A stretch of DNA of 64,000 nucleotides from Gloeobacterales cyanobacterium (GTDB lineage: Bacteria; Cyanobacteriota; Cyanobacteriia; Gloeobacterales; PMM-0068): contig JBBRSB010000014.1 of the NCBI GenBank assembly GCA_038245785.1, positions 38,728-102,727 on the forward strand. Direction: 5' to 3'. The translations under genes were made by a program, and so were the position numbers. Below are positions 38,801-49,399 of the stretch, in pieces (positions within the stretch are counted from its first letter, which is position 1; each line of letters begins with the position of its first letter). Below the pieces are notes generated by a model, which made no database searches, was not told the origin of the DNA, and saw only the letters and a program-made list of their open reading frames with translations.

Positions 38801-39154
38801 TAAGGGCACAAGTTCGTATCCCGCATCAAACGGCGACACAACTGAAATAAAAACCAAGGGCTCATCACTGCTGTTGAATACTCCATGCACACATCCGGTA
38901 TGAGCAATTACCACATCTCCGGCAGCGATCGGCTTCTTTGTACCTGCTGTATCCAGATAATATTCCCCCTTTCCGCTCAAAACAGTCCAGGTATCTTGTC
39001 CATTAGGATGAAAGTGCATGGGGATCTGCTGTCCCGGCTTGATGTACCAGGCGACAACAACAGCATTCTTGGATTCTGTAACGACTGAACGAACAGGTTC
39101 CCCATCTGTTGGCTGAAAAAATTCAGAACTGTTGAATATTCTAGTTGCATTCAT
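38708..39154 (-). CDS. Cupin domain protein (C-terminus captured from an antitoxin remnant)
   Basis: PMHFHPNGQDTWTVLSGKG, AGDVV..HTGCVHGVFN. Confidence 0.85.
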   Translation of the reverse strand: MNATRIFNSSEFFQPTDGEPVRSVVTESKNAVVVAWYIKPGQQIPMHFHPNGQDTWTVLSGKGEYYLDTAGTKKPIAAGDVVIAHTGCVHGVFNSSDEPLVFISVVSPFDAGYELVPLVDLEALEDQLDLKEAIQAEADPENQQATIS

Positions 39155-39273
39155 CTTCGTTCTCTATCACTGTCAGGAACAGACTACATCAGCAAAAAAC
39201 GTGCCGCCTATTAAGGTTCTTAGAGACTCGATTTTCTCACCATTTGACTTGAAGTATTGTCACATCGATAACA

Positions 39274-40503
39274 TTACCGCAACTTAGCTCTGAATCTCGC
39301 TCCTATACGTGACGTGGGCACCACTTTTTTCGGAAACCATTTTTCGGCCAGCTCCTTTGATTTCTTACGGGAGGGAGCTTCTATCCATTGATAGGTGAAG
39401 TGAGACAGAGCAAGAATGGCGACGATAGCTAGACAAACAAACAGGGAGTTAGTGAAAATTCCTATCCCCTGGTACTCCGCAGGGTAAAAAAACTTCTCCT
39501 TTTGTGGCTCGACAATAGAGGCTTTGTATACATCTTTCAAAATACTTTCGCAAAAGAAAAAGACAAATAGCTGAACCATATAAATTGAATAGGATGTTTT
39601 GCCCAACCATAGGAAAGGCTTAAGATTCAGCACTTTATTGATGAGATCATTCGGTAGGGTTGTTAGAGAAAGAATCAAAAGAGCTGCTAAGGGCGGAAAA
39701 AGGAAGTCAGAATACTGTATGTCCTTTACGCATAGGACAAGGCTGATACTCGCGATAACAGCGAATGAATAAAGAAGCGCTGGGAAGGTGTGCTCTTTCT
39801 TTTTACCTATATCTCTATCTTGAAGATGACTGAATAGTTCGTATATTTTGTACGTCACCACCCCGAGGAAAAAGCTTGGGATACAGCGAAACATTCCATA
39901 GTCATAATTGAAGGATAAATCAGTTTTTCCTGCTAAAAGTATTACAAAAATGCTGGAGAAAATTAAAAGGAGCGAGGTTACTACAAGAGCGAGGTTATTT
40001 CGGGCAAAAAGCAAGATGGAAGCAAACAGGAGATAGGTATAAAATTCTGTGCCTATGCTCCAACTAACAGAGTTAAAAGTTAAATGGTCATAAATGCCAA
40101 CCGCTTGGACTAGTAAAATATTTGTGAGAAAAGCCCAACCACTATTCAACGTGAATGCTTGACCTACATTTCCTGTGAGCAACTCCTTGAGCCAGGTTGA
40201 TCCTTCGAGTCCCAAGAAGGCAAGAAGCATAGCAAGATGCAGCGGATACAATCTTCCAAATCTCAGCCACATAAACCGACCCAAGTCACGTCCATTGGAA
40301 ATCTTCTGCCCATAGCTGTGATAAATCACGAAGCCAGATAGCACAAAGAAGAAATCAACCATCAAGTATCCATGACGAACAAAAGTCCAGTGATAGGTAG
40401 GGTTCATCCAACGGATATGATTGATGGCGACAATCAGGGCGGCAATACCACGCAGTGATTCGAGGGCACCAAAGAAAGGGCGTGGTTTTGTGGAATTAAG
40501 CAA
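39274..40503 (-). CDS. Acyltransferase-3 family membrane O-acyltransferase
   Basis: LESLRGIAAL, VDFFFVLSGFVI, RFGRLYPLH, WSIGTEFYTY, LGKTSYSIY; TTG start after GGAGG. Confidence 0.88.
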   Translation of the reverse strand: MLNSTKPRPFFGALESLRGIAALIVAINHIRWMNPTYHWTFVRHGYLMVDFFFVLSGFVIYHSYGQKISNGRDLGRFMWLRFGRLYPLHLAMLLAFLGLEGSTWLKELLTGNVGQAFTLNSGWAFLTNILLVQAVGIYDHLTFNSVSWSIGTEFYTYLLFASILLFARNNLALVVTSLLLIFSSIFVILLAGKTDLSFNYDYGMFRCIPSFFLGVVTYKIYELFSHLQDRDIGKKKEHTFPALLYSFAVIASISLVLCVKDIQYSDFLFPPLAALLILSLTTLPNDLINKVLNLKPFLWLGKTSYSIYMVQLFVFFFCESILKDVYKASIVEPQKEKFFYPAEYQGIGIFTNSLFVCLAIVAILALSHFTYQWIEAPSRKKSKELAEKWFPKKVVPTSRIGARFRAKLR

Positions 40504-40523
40504 ATAGTTCACCTCCGACGAGA

Positions 40524-41789
40524 CTACAACGCACCCCGATCCAAGGCGTTGCAAAAGGTCTGATAGTCTTTTTCTACCTGTCGGGTATAGGCTTGAGCAT
40601 GTTCCAGCAAAGCCCTCTGCCACTGAGGGTCTTGAGCAAAGGCAATCAGCTCCGGTACAGCCGTTGAGCCCTGAGTCCCCTGAGCTTCCTGCCCTAAGCT
40701 CTGTCCAAGGGTATTGAAGTGTTGATTACTGGTACGCAGTTGAGCCCAAGCGGTAAGTGCTCCCATCGTCTCTATAAGTTCATGGAGCTGTTCTAATTCC
40801 CCTGACAAGTTCTGGAGAACGATTCGGTCCTGGGAAGGCTGTAGTTCTTTGAGCACAAAAGAATCTTTGCCGAGGCTCAGCGCATTCAGGAGCGCTGGTG
40901 GCATTCCTTGCATCCTGCGTTGAATCGAAGCAATGCGCTCCGCATCGTTGGCCCACACAGGCTGGGCTATAACCCGATCGGCCTTGAGCGCAGATACACG
41001 CGCTTGTTTCAGCTCCAAAAGATAGTTTTCGTCGGGAGAACCCTTGCCCTCGACCAATAAGGCATAGCGCTTGAGGCCCAAACTGGCGGTACCAGCCACC
41101 CGCTGACCAACATCTAAAACTTTAAAAAAGGACGGATTGGGCTGCTGGGCGGCCCATGTCTGGAACGTGGAAATTACTAACGTGCGTTCAGCCTCATCGA
41201 TAGAACGCATTTTCACTCCATCAAACCGTAGGGTGCGTCTATTGTTTTTAAGCTGGGTACGCTCTTTGAGAAAGTCTTTACGTTTACGTTTGGCCAGTTC
41301 AGCCAGGAGACGCTTAATCGAACCCGTAGCCTCATCCTGTGAAAGGGTTCGAGCCCTACCTTTAATGAGCGCTTGGGTATAGGCGTCCAAGAAAGAACGG
41401 CATAGAGCACGAGCTTCAGCGCGCTTCATCCCGAGGACTTCACCCGCCACCAACACACTGGTAAGTAAGCGCCCAAGCTCCCACGTGCATGGGGCTAAGG
41501 CTGCTTCGTCAAAATCATTGAGGTCAAAACAGATTTTTCGAGCGTCACTCTTGTATCCGCCAAAGTTTTCCAGGTGCAGATCTCCGCAAACCCATACCAC
41601 GGGAGCTTGATCTAAGGAGAAACCCACTGGCCAGTCCGCATAGAAGAGAAAACAGGTCCCCCGAAAAAAAGCAAAGGCATTACTTCGCAAAGCCTGATAT
41701 TTCTGCTGAACAAGCGTCTGGTCCCGGTCTTTGTGGAAAGATTGGATACGAGCAATTAGATCTCGCTGTTGTGGGTCTTGCTGCTTCAT
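40524..41789 (-). CDS. DUF2252 family protein
   Basis: FAFFRGT, CGDLHLENFG, FDLNDFDEA, RVAGTASLG..RY..L. Confidence 0.88.
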   Translation of the reverse strand: MKQQDPQQRDLIARIQSFHKDRDQTLVQQKYQALRSNAFAFFRGTCFLFYADWPVGFSLDQAPVVWVCGDLHLENFGGYKSDARKICFDLNDFDEAALAPCTWELGRLLTSVLVAGEVLGMKRAEARALCRSFLDAYTQALIKGRARTLSQDEATGSIKRLLAELAKRKRKDFLKERTQLKNNRRTLRFDGVKMRSIDEAERTLVISTFQTWAAQQPNPSFFKVLDVGQRVAGTASLGLKRYALLVEGKGSPDENYLLELKQARVSALKADRVIAQPVWANDAERIASIQRRMQGMPPALLNALSLGKDSFVLKELQPSQDRIVLQNLSGELEQLHELIETMGALTAWAQLRTSNQHFNTLGQSLGQEAQGTQGSTAVPELIAFAQDPQWQRALLEHAQAYTRQVEKDYQTFCNALDRGAL

Positions 41790-41885
41790 AGCCCTTTACT
41801 TTAACGAGTTAGGTGTAGATAGAGCCAATATCTTCAGCCAAATCTTGATAAGATGCATGTCTGCATTCGGTTAGGGAATCCTTGA

Positions 41886-43256
41886 GTGAGCACGAACACA
41901 GATTATGACCTTCTCGTTATTGGTGCTGGAGTTGGAGGATTTGAAGCGGCGAAACACGCTTCCCATCGGGGGCTAAAAGTAGCATTGGTGGAGTGCCGAG
42001 ATATGGGAGGAACCTGCATTAATCGCGGATGTATCCCTTCGAAAGCACTGCTTGCGGCAGCAGGTACCCTTAGAAAGATGCAGCACACAGAAATTTTTGG
42101 CATCCGCGTGGAGCGTATTCACTACGACCGGGCGAAAGTCGCAGCCCATGCCATGTCCGTCGTCGAGAAAATTCGCGGCGACATGACGAAAACTACGGAA
42201 AAAATGGGGATTACGGTCCTTCGGGGCAAAGCTAAACTGCTAGAGCCTCAAAAAGTCCAAATTGAGACAGATAGAGGCATCCAGACGGTTACCGCTAAAG
42301 ATGTGATTCTGGCTACGGGCTCTGAACCCTTTGTCCCCCCAGGCATTGAGATTGATCATCACACGGTATACACCTCGGATGAGGGCGTGCGTCTAGAACA
42401 GGTTCCTCGACGGATTGTGATTATTGGTTCTGGCTATATCGGCCTCGAATTTTCTGACGTCTATTCGACCTTAGGTTCTCAGGTCACGATTATCGAAGCC
42501 TTAGACCAACTTTTCCCTGGATTTGACCCCGATATTGGCCGCATGGCAGAGCGGATCCTGATTAAACCGCGCAATATCCAGACGATGAAGGGTGTGCTCG
42601 CGAAAAAGGTTATTCCTGGCAGACCCGTGCGGATTGAACTTTCCACGGGCGAGACGCTCGAAACTGATGCAGTTCTGGTGGCAACGGGCCGTCGTCCCAA
42701 CAGCCAAGATTTGGGTTTAGAGGAACTGGGCATAGAAACTCAGCGCGGATTCATCTCTGTGGATGACCGGATGGCGACCGAGATTCCTCATCTTTGGGCG
42801 ATCGGGGACGTTACCGGACGGATGATGCTCGCTCATACTGCCAGCACTCAGGGCATCGTGGCCGTAGAAAATATTCTTGGCCACGAACGGTTTATGGACT
42901 ATCGGTCTATCCCTGCAGCAGCCTTTACCCATCCTGAAATTGGCTTTGTCGGACTGACCGAGCCTCAAGCTAAGGCAGAAGGCTACAAGGTCGGCACCGT
43001 GCGCACCTACTTTGGGGGCAACTCAAAAGCGATTGCCCAAGGAGAGACCGACGGAATCTGCAAACTGGTTTATGACCAAGATTCTGGCGAATTGTTGGGA
43101 GCCCATATCCTTGGTCCTGAGGCCTCCTTGATCGTGCAAGAATGCTCCGCTGCCATTGCGAAGCGAGACAAGATAGAAAGCCTGGCGAGACTAGTCCATA
43201 CCCATCCCACCCTCTCTGAAGTGCTGGATGAAGCCTACAAAAGAGCCGCTGGCTAG
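41886..43256 (+). CDS. lpdA: Dihydrolipoyl dehydrogenase
   Basis: GGTCINRGCIPSK, GSGYIGLEF, MMLAH, HTHPTLSE. Confidence 0.94.
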   Translation: MSTNTDYDLLVIGAGVGGFEAAKHASHRGLKVALVECRDMGGTCINRGCIPSKALLAAAGTLRKMQHTEIFGIRVERIHYDRAKVAAHAMSVVEKIRGDMTKTTEKMGITVLRGKAKLLEPQKVQIETDRGIQTVTAKDVILATGSEPFVPPGIEIDHHTVYTSDEGVRLEQVPRRIVIIGSGYIGLEFSDVYSTLGSQVTIIEALDQLFPGFDPDIGRMAERILIKPRNIQTMKGVLAKKVIPGRPVRIELSTGETLETDAVLVATGRRPNSQDLGLEELGIETQRGFISVDDRMATEIPHLWAIGDVTGRMMLAHTASTQGIVAVENILGHERFMDYRSIPAAAFTHPEIGFVGLTEPQAKAEGYKVGTVRTYFGGNSKAIAQGETDGICKLVYDQDSGELLGAHILGPEASLIVQECSAAIAKRDKIESLARLVHTHPTLSEVLDEAYKRAAG

Positions 43257-43325
43257 CACTCCCCACGACCACGCGCCCTATAGTCTCCCGTCCTATCTAC
43301 GGTCTCCTGCCCCGACCCACAGTCT

Positions 43326-43352
43326 GTAAGGGCGCACCGCTGTGCGCCCCTT
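43326..43352. repeat. REP-like palindrome between convergent genes
   Basis: GTAAGGGCGCACCGCTGTGCGCCCCTT, resembling the GTAG-GGGCGCAC..GTGCGCCCC REP type. Confidence 0.6.
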
Positions 43353-43392
43353 GTCTGCCAGACAGAGACCTCGGCGCTCTCCCAGAAAAAAC

Positions 43393-45165
43393 CTACCGAT
43401 GAGGATGCGCTTCTCCAAGCCATCGCTCATACTGCTCCGCCTGAACAGCAGAGGGACTTTCCACAGGCACTAGGGTGAAAGTACTCAGCGGTGGAGAACC
43501 CAAGGTTATCGCAATATTCAATAGGTCGTCTCTACGAAAGACCGTAAAAATAGCCGTCTGGCCTGGTTTAAAATCCTTCAAACGGTCAGACAACTTACCG
43601 GGGTGGATACGCCAGTTATCGACAGCAAGCAACACATCTCCACTATTGAGCCCCCCAAACCAGGCTGGAGAATCTCGCTCAACAGACTTAACGACCACTG
43701 TTTCTGCTTGGTCCTCGGTACGCACCCCCAGAGCAGGGAGCGGACTACGTTCCGTAACCAACTGAAGCCCAACCGTAGAGAGATAGGGCGTGTAGTCGAA
43801 ATCTTCTGTGCTATCTAAATAGCGTTCCAAAGTGACCAAGCGGTCCAACCCAACCAGCCTACAAATAGTGGAGGGTAATTCCTCTTCTCGATAAGCCAGC
43901 TGTCCCCCCTTACTACCCTGCCATAATCTTTGGAAAACCAGATCTAAAGAAGATTTCCCCTCAGTCTGGCCTCGAATTTCCAAATCTACAAGCATCATAA
44001 GGACTTGACCCTTAAGATAATAAGAAACCTGATTATTTAGAGAGTTCTCATCAGGACGATACTGCTTAATCCAGGCATCATAGCTGCCCTCTAAAAGAGA
44101 TTGATGCAAACGGCCAGGAGTATTTTGGAGTCTGGTGATGTACTGAGAAGCTTGCTTTAAAAAATGTTTAGCCTTATAGACCCCAGCCCGCAGGGGAATC
44201 AATTCATCGTAGTAGCTGGTGCCCCCTTCAATAAACCAAAGGGAAGTCGTATAGTTCTCATGGCCATAGTCAAACTTATCTAAATTATGGGGCCGTAAGC
44301 GCTTGACATTCCAAGTGTGAAAAAACTCATGGGCTACTAAATTGATGAACTTTAAATATCCATCTTGATTGGAGAAAGCGTCTCCGGGATAGAGCAAACT
44401 AGTGGAGTTCTTATGCTCTAAGCCCCCATAACTTTTGGCAGCCAAGTGCACCATAAATAAATAGCGACTGTACGGCAGACTGCCAAAAAAATCAGCTACA
44501 TACTGAACGACTTTTGGAATATCTCGTTGGAAGTCTTCCTGTTTATAGTTTCCCCTTCCCCAAATCACTACTTGATGAGGTTTATCTTCAACGGTAAAAC
44601 TCAAAGTCTTGTGCGCACCCATTTCAATCGGGCTATCTACCAGGGTGTCATAATCTTCCGCTATAAAGCTATAGGGATCTTCGGTAGGCGTCAAAGCTGT
44701 ATATACATTCCAGTCAGAGTCAGGAGTGGGAGGCACCACCGTGACTTGATGAGGTTTATCCCGTAGCTCAGGCACATATAAAAAAGTAGCCGCTCCATTC
44801 AAATAGCCATGACTTTGGTCAATATGATTGGTCCGAACCGTCAGTTCATTGCAGTAGACCCGATATTCAATGGTAATCGTGCCTGAAACTTTAACCTGCC
44901 AGATATTTTTGCGGGTTTTGATTAAGGGTAAGGAACGCTTCGATTCGTCAAAGGCTTCCACCCCTTCAATGTGTCTAGAATATTCCCGCACCATGTAGGA
45001 GCCGGGAGTCCAAACAGGCAGATACAGCTCCAAAAAATCCGCACCAGGTCGTGGACTCACCACCTCCAGGGTTACGTGAAGATAGTGGGTCTGTGGCTCT
45101 GGGATACGGAGGGTGTACTGAATGGGACTGAAAGAACTGAAAGAACTCATAGTAGAACTGGCCAT
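43393..45165 (-). CDS. M61 family metallopeptidase with PDZ domain
   Basis: PVWTPGSY, GGLEH, AHEFFHTWNVKR, SYYLKG; C-terminal PDZ domain. Confidence 0.92.
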   Translation of the reverse strand: MASSTMSSFSSFSPIQYTLRIPEPQTHYLHVTLEVVSPRPGADFLELYLPVWTPGSYMVREYSRHIEGVEAFDESKRSLPLIKTRKNIWQVKVSGTITIEYRVYCNELTVRTNHIDQSHGYLNGAATFLYVPELRDKPHQVTVVPPTPDSDWNVYTALTPTEDPYSFIAEDYDTLVDSPIEMGAHKTLSFTVEDKPHQVVIWGRGNYKQEDFQRDIPKVVQYVADFFGSLPYSRYLFMVHLAAKSYGGLEHKNSTSLLYPGDAFSNQDGYLKFINLVAHEFFHTWNVKRLRPHNLDKFDYGHENYTTSLWFIEGGTSYYDELIPLRAGVYKAKHFLKQASQYITRLQNTPGRLHQSLLEGSYDAWIKQYRPDENSLNNQVSYYLKGQVLMMLVDLEIRGQTEGKSSLDLVFQRLWQGSKGGQLAYREEELPSTICRLVGLDRLVTLERYLDSTEDFDYTPYLSTVGLQLVTERSPLPALGVRTEDQAETVVVKSVERDSPAWFGGLNSGDVLLAVDNWRIHPGKLSDRLKDFKPGQTAIFTVFRRDDLLNIAITLGSPPLSTFTLVPVESPSAVQAEQYERWLGEAHPHR

Positions 45166-45185
45166 ACCTTCATCTATTCCCCCAT

Positions 45186-46847
45186 CTATTCCCATTCAAT
45201 AGTGCCCGGAGGCTTAGAGGTAATGTCATAGACAACCCGATTCACTCCTGGAACTTCATTCACAATACGGTTGGCTATTTTTTCCAACAGTTCATAGGGA
45301 GCTTTAGCCCAATCAGCCGTCATTCCATCTTCAGATTGAACGATGCGCAGCACTACCGGATGGGCATAGGTGCGCTTGTCTCCCATCACCCCTACTGTCC
45401 GAATGGTGGGCAAAAGAACAGCAAAGGCCTGCCAAAAGTCATTGTAGTAACCGCCCCGGTTAATTTCTTGGCGCACGATTAAATCGGCATCACGCAAGGT
45501 GCACAGATTCTCTCTTGTAATTTCACCAATGATCCGGATAGCCAATCCAGGTCCAGGGAAAGGCTGACGTTCCACAATTTCATCGGGCAGTCCAAGAGCC
45601 CGGCCCACTTTGCGCACCTCATCCTTAAAGAGTTTGCGCAAGGGTTCGACCAACTTGAAGCGGAGATTTTTTGGTAAACCACCGACATTGTGGTGTGACT
45701 TGATTTTTACGGCAACCCGCTCTCCGGTTTTAGGATCAATATTTTCGCCAGAGGATTCGATAATGTCTGGATAAAGCGTGCCCTGCGCTAAGTAGTCGAA
45801 AGGTCCGAGTCGGGTAGACTCTGACTCGAAAACTTGAATGAATTCATGGCCGATACGCTTACGTTTTTCTTCCGGGTCCTGGACTCCCTCTAACTGGTCG
45901 ATGAACTGGTCCGAAGCATTCACATAGACCACAGGAATATGAAATTGTTCGTTAAAAAGTTTCATCAAGCGCTCAGGCTCGTTTTTGCGCATGAATCCCT
46001 GGTCAATAAACATGCAGGTGAGCTTGTCCCCAATTGCTTTGTAGAGCAGGAAGGCCAGCGTAGAGGAGTCTACGCCTCCAGAAAGGGCGAGCAGGACCCG
46101 TTTATCTCCCACTTTGGACCGCACTTCTCGGATTGCCTCTTCGATGAAGGCATCCGTAGTCCAAGTCGGTTCACATTCGCAAATATGATATACAAAGTTG
46201 CGAATCAAGGCCATCCCGCCGACAGAATGCACGACTTCCGGATGGAACTGTACTCCATAGAACTGACGCTCAGGATCCGCGACTGCTGCACCAGGAGTAT
46301 TCTCCGTGTAGGCAAGCACCCTAAACCCATCGGGTAGTGCTGTGACAGAATCCCCATGACTCATCCACATCGTGGCGCCTTCATCCACATTCGTCAGCAG
46401 GTCCGTAGGGTCACTGATGAAAAGGGAAGCTTTGCCATACTCTCCTTTATCAGCCTGCTCAACCTCGCCCCCTAGAGCCTGAACCATCAATTGCATACCG
46501 TAGCAAACTCCAAGGATCGGGATGCCCAAATTCCATATTTCCGGATTGCACTTAGGGGCATAGGCGTCATAGACCGAGCTGGGTCCACCAGAGAGTATGA
46601 TCCCTTTAGGATTGAGCTGCTTTAGGTCCTCGAGCTCGATGCTGTAAGGCAGCACTTCTGAATAAACTTGAGTTTCTCGGACGCGACGGGCAATCAGTTC
46701 AGAGTACTGGGAGCCGAAATCCAGAATGGCAATCATCTGCCGCGTCTGCGTCGGCTCTGCCGCTTGCTTTTCTGTATCTGGCTGTTCCACATCTTGGGAA
46801 TTCTTAGAAGAGGGAGACTTTACCGGGGAGGTCGTATTCGCAGGCAT
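45186..46847 (-). CDS. guaA: GMP synthase (glutamine-hydrolysing)
   Basis: [47 protein letters not shown]. Confidence 0.97.
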   Translation of the reverse strand: MPANTTSPVKSPSSKNSQDVEQPDTEKQAAEPTQTRQMIAILDFGSQYSELIARRVRETQVYSEVLPYSIELEDLKQLNPKGIILSGGPSSVYDAYAPKCNPEIWNLGIPILGVCYGMQLMVQALGGEVEQADKGEYGKASLFISDPTDLLTNVDEGATMWMSHGDSVTALPDGFRVLAYTENTPGAAVADPERQFYGVQFHPEVVHSVGGMALIRNFVYHICECEPTWTTDAFIEEAIREVRSKVGDKRVLLALSGGVDSSTLAFLLYKAIGDKLTCMFIDQGFMRKNEPERLMKLFNEQFHIPVVYVNASDQFIDQLEGVQDPEEKRKRIGHEFIQVFESESTRLGPFDYLAQGTLYPDIIESSGENIDPKTGERVAVKIKSHHNVGGLPKNLRFKLVEPLRKLFKDEVRKVGRALGLPDEIVERQPFPGPGLAIRIIGEITRENLCTLRDADLIVRQEINRGGYYNDFWQAFAVLLPTIRTVGVMGDKRTYAHPVVLRIVQSEDGMTADWAKAPYELLEKIANRIVNEVPGVNRVVYDITSKPPGTIEWE

Positions 46848-46992
46848 AGCAGTTCGGAGGAAGATAATTGAACATATTGTAGCGGTTCCTCACCTCTCAT
46901 TAGGCCACTGTCACTGATTGAAAAGGCAGATGCAGGCCAGTCCTATACTTGACTGACCCGCTTTTGTAGTGACTTATTCACACTGCTCAAGG

Positions 46993-47343
46993 CTAACGGC
47001 CCATCTGGTTAGGCTTGCCACAGGCATCCTTGTTCTGCTCTTGCTGGGTGACAGCCCCAGCCCCAGCTCCTACTATAGCGCCCACAGGACCTCCAATTAG
47101 TGCTCCTGTGCCAGCTCCATATAGAGCTCCTTTGGTTACATTATTGCCCTTTTCATCTTTGCCACAGGAAAGATCAGGACTAAGCGTTTTGTTAATTCCT
47201 GTATTGCTCTTTCTCTGTTCGCTTGTGGCCCTGGATTCGTACCGCTTGGATTCGGCATTTGCGGAAGGAACTGTATAAACAGATAGAGTCGTCAGCATAG
47301 CCAAAGAAGCAAAAGTTGCAGCGCACCATTTTTTCCCACTCAT
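46993..47343 (-). CDS. Secreted glycine-zipper protein
   Basis: Signal peptide; KGALYGAGTGALIGGPVGAIVGAGAGA. Confidence 0.7.
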   Translation of the reverse strand: MSGKKWCAATFASLAMLTTLSVYTVPSANAESKRYESRATSEQRKSNTGINKTLSPDLSCGKDEKGNNVTKGALYGAGTGALIGGPVGAIVGAGAGAVTQQEQNKDACGKPNQMGR

Positions 47344-47378
47344 ACTTGCATCCTCTGTTTCGATTAATTAATAACTTA

Positions 47379-47422
47379 ATCGTAGTCACTTTCAAAGGCA
47401 AACCCCTCTGCCTTCCGATGGA
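47379..47422 (-). promoter_or_regulatory. Stress-cluster promoter: palindromic site, N22, -10
   Basis: TCTGCC-ttcc-GATGGA at 47407-47422; TACGAT 22 nt downstream on the minus strand. Confidence 0.6.
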
Positions 47423-47605
47423 GTTCTGTAGATAAGGCTCGATTGTATGTAACCTCTACAAAATTTCTTGCAAGAAGAAAATGAGGTAGGCAAAGTTGCG
47501 GCCCATGTATCGTTTTCAGCACAATCTCTCTCTCCAGTGTGACGTCGGAAATTTCACCTCTGAGAGACACTGTTAGCAAATTCTCTTGCAGGGTAAGGAG
47601 ATGCT

Positions 47606-47875
47606 ATGCCGGAAGCCGAACACGTTGTCGCCAAGACTACGGATATCAAGGATGGACAAATGAAGTCAGTCACGGTTGGCGATACCAAGATCCTGCTCGT
47701 TCGGCTCAATGAAACGTTTTATGTCCTTGGCAGTACTTGCCCTCACTACGGCGCTCCCATGGAAGCGGGACCAACAAACCTCTGCCTTGCATGAGTTAAT
47801 GCAGCAAAATACCCTGCCCAAACCAGAGGACTTCGCGATGGCAAGGTGAACTTAGTCAGTTTATTGTCAACTTAA
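47606..47875 (+). pseudogene. Internally deleted Rieske/FAD oxidoreductase (AIF-like)
   Basis: The Rieske N-terminus (CPHYGAP) stops before the second CxxH and is joined out of frame to a reductase-like tail RDQQTSALHELMQQNTLPKPE/LRDGKVNLVSLLST*. Confidence 0.6.
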
Positions 47876-48028
47876 CTTGTCAGGAATCTCCCCTTGAGCA
47901 TCGCGAAAAGAGCGTTGCTAGAATGTTTTGATCGCAGCTAATTAAACTTGACAGTGCCTAGACGGCTCAATAATGTTTTGGATGAGTGACGGTGACGGTA
48001 TTAGTCCCACAACGAGGATAAAAAGCTA

Positions 48029-49375
48029 ATGGAAACAGCGGATGTGATTGTGATTGGCAGCGGACAGGGAGGAATCCCCCTGGCAACTGATTTTGCCAAA
48101 GCAGGACGCAAAGTTGTCATATTTGAACGAGATGCCTTAGGTGGTAGCTGTATCAATTATGGCTGTACTCCCTCGAAAGCTTTTTTAGCGGCTGCCCATG
48201 CCGCTGGTCGTGCCCGTCAAGCAAACGCATTAGGCATTCATGTCCAGGTTGAAGTAGACTTTCCAGCGGTGATGGAGCGTGTCCGCCAAGTTCGTGATCG
48301 CTTTAACCAAGGCGTTCACAAGCGGTTACAGTATGCAGGAGTACAAGTTGTATGCGCAACAGCCTCTTTTTCAGGCGAGCGCACGGTAACAGGCGGCGAT
48401 GTGACCGTTCAGGCTCCCTTGGTGTTGATCAACACAGGAACTTCTGCTTCGATCCCCAATATTCCTGGTTTGGCAGGGACTCCTTACCTGACCAATCGGA
48501 ATTTCTTTGATTTGACAGCGTTACCTCCTCGCATCCTGGTCATGGGGGCAGGATATATTGGGCTGGAATTGGGCCAGGGACTAGCCCGGTTGGGTAGTGA
48601 AACCCACCTAATTGCACGGGGCGATCGCCTTCTCGCTCAGGAAGAGCCGGAAGTCAGTGAAACGCTTCAACAAGCGTTCCAGCGAGATGGAATTCAACTT
48701 CACTTCCAGGTCAACGTCAAGGAAGTCATCCATACACAAGATGGATTTATTCTGAAACTGGACAATGGGCAGGAACTTCATGGAGAAGCCTTAATGCTTG
48801 CGATCGGACGTAAGCCAAACACGGATGCGCTGAACGTTGTTGCATCCGGTGTGGAACTAGATGAAAAAGGATTTGTCAAAATCGATAATAAATTTCAGAC
48901 AACCTGTAAGGGAATCTACGCCATTGGGGACGCGGCTAAGCAACCGGCGTTTACGCATGTGTCCTGGGAAGACTATCGTCGATTGAAGGCGATTCTAGAC
49001 GGTGAAGATCGAACGCGGGATGACCGAGTGCTGGGCTATGCAGTCTATACCGAACCTCAGGTTGGACGCGTCGGGATGACCATACAAGAAGCACAGAAGA
49101 AGGGCATCAATGCTCGCTGTGTCACCCTACCGGTGAACCAGATGGCCCGTGCCATTGAATGGGGCCATGATCTCGGCTTCTACCGGATGGTAGTTGATGC
49201 AGACACAAATAAGATTTTGGGGGCGACGCTGGTCGGTTATGAAACTGCTGAGCTAGTGCATGTATTTCTATCATTGATGGAGGCAGATGCCACCTGGCAG
49301 TTATTAGAACAATCCGTCCATATTCATCCCACCTATGGCGAGGCGTTGCCTAGTCTGGCTCGGCTACTCATGTGA
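48029..49375 (+). CDS. Pyridine nucleotide-disulfide oxidoreductase (mercuric-reductase-like, no C-terminal CC)
   Basis: GSGQGG, GGSCINYGCTPSK, GAGYIGLE, HIHPTYGE. Confidence 0.88.
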   Translation: METADVIVIGSGQGGIPLATDFAKAGRKVVIFERDALGGSCINYGCTPSKAFLAAAHAAGRARQANALGIHVQVEVDFPAVMERVRQVRDRFNQGVHKRLQYAGVQVVCATASFSGERTVTGGDVTVQAPLVLINTGTSASIPNIPGLAGTPYLTNRNFFDLTALPPRILVMGAGYIGLELGQGLARLGSETHLIARGDRLLAQEEPEVSETLQQAFQRDGIQLHFQVNVKEVIHTQDGFILKLDNGQELHGEALMLAIGRKPNTDALNVVASGVELDEKGFVKIDNKFQTTCKGIYAIGDAAKQPAFTHVSWEDYRRLKAILDGEDRTRDDRVLGYAVYTEPQVGRVGMTIQEAQKKGINARCVTLPVNQMARAIEWGHDLGFYRMVVDADTNKILGATLVGYETAELVHVFLSLMEADATWQLLEQSVHIHPTYGEALPSLARLLM

Positions 49376-49399
49376 GAGAACATGTCAGCATAACCAAAA

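Noticed and set aside
46850..46992. attR-type duplication of the tRNA-Asn 3' end at the guaA side of the cluster
   Set aside because: No copy of TGGCTCCCCGG found; the TGGCTC near 61285 is too short to count.
48029..49375. merA mercury resistance gene
   Set aside because: No C-terminal Cys-Cys pair, no NmerA domain and no mer neighbours.
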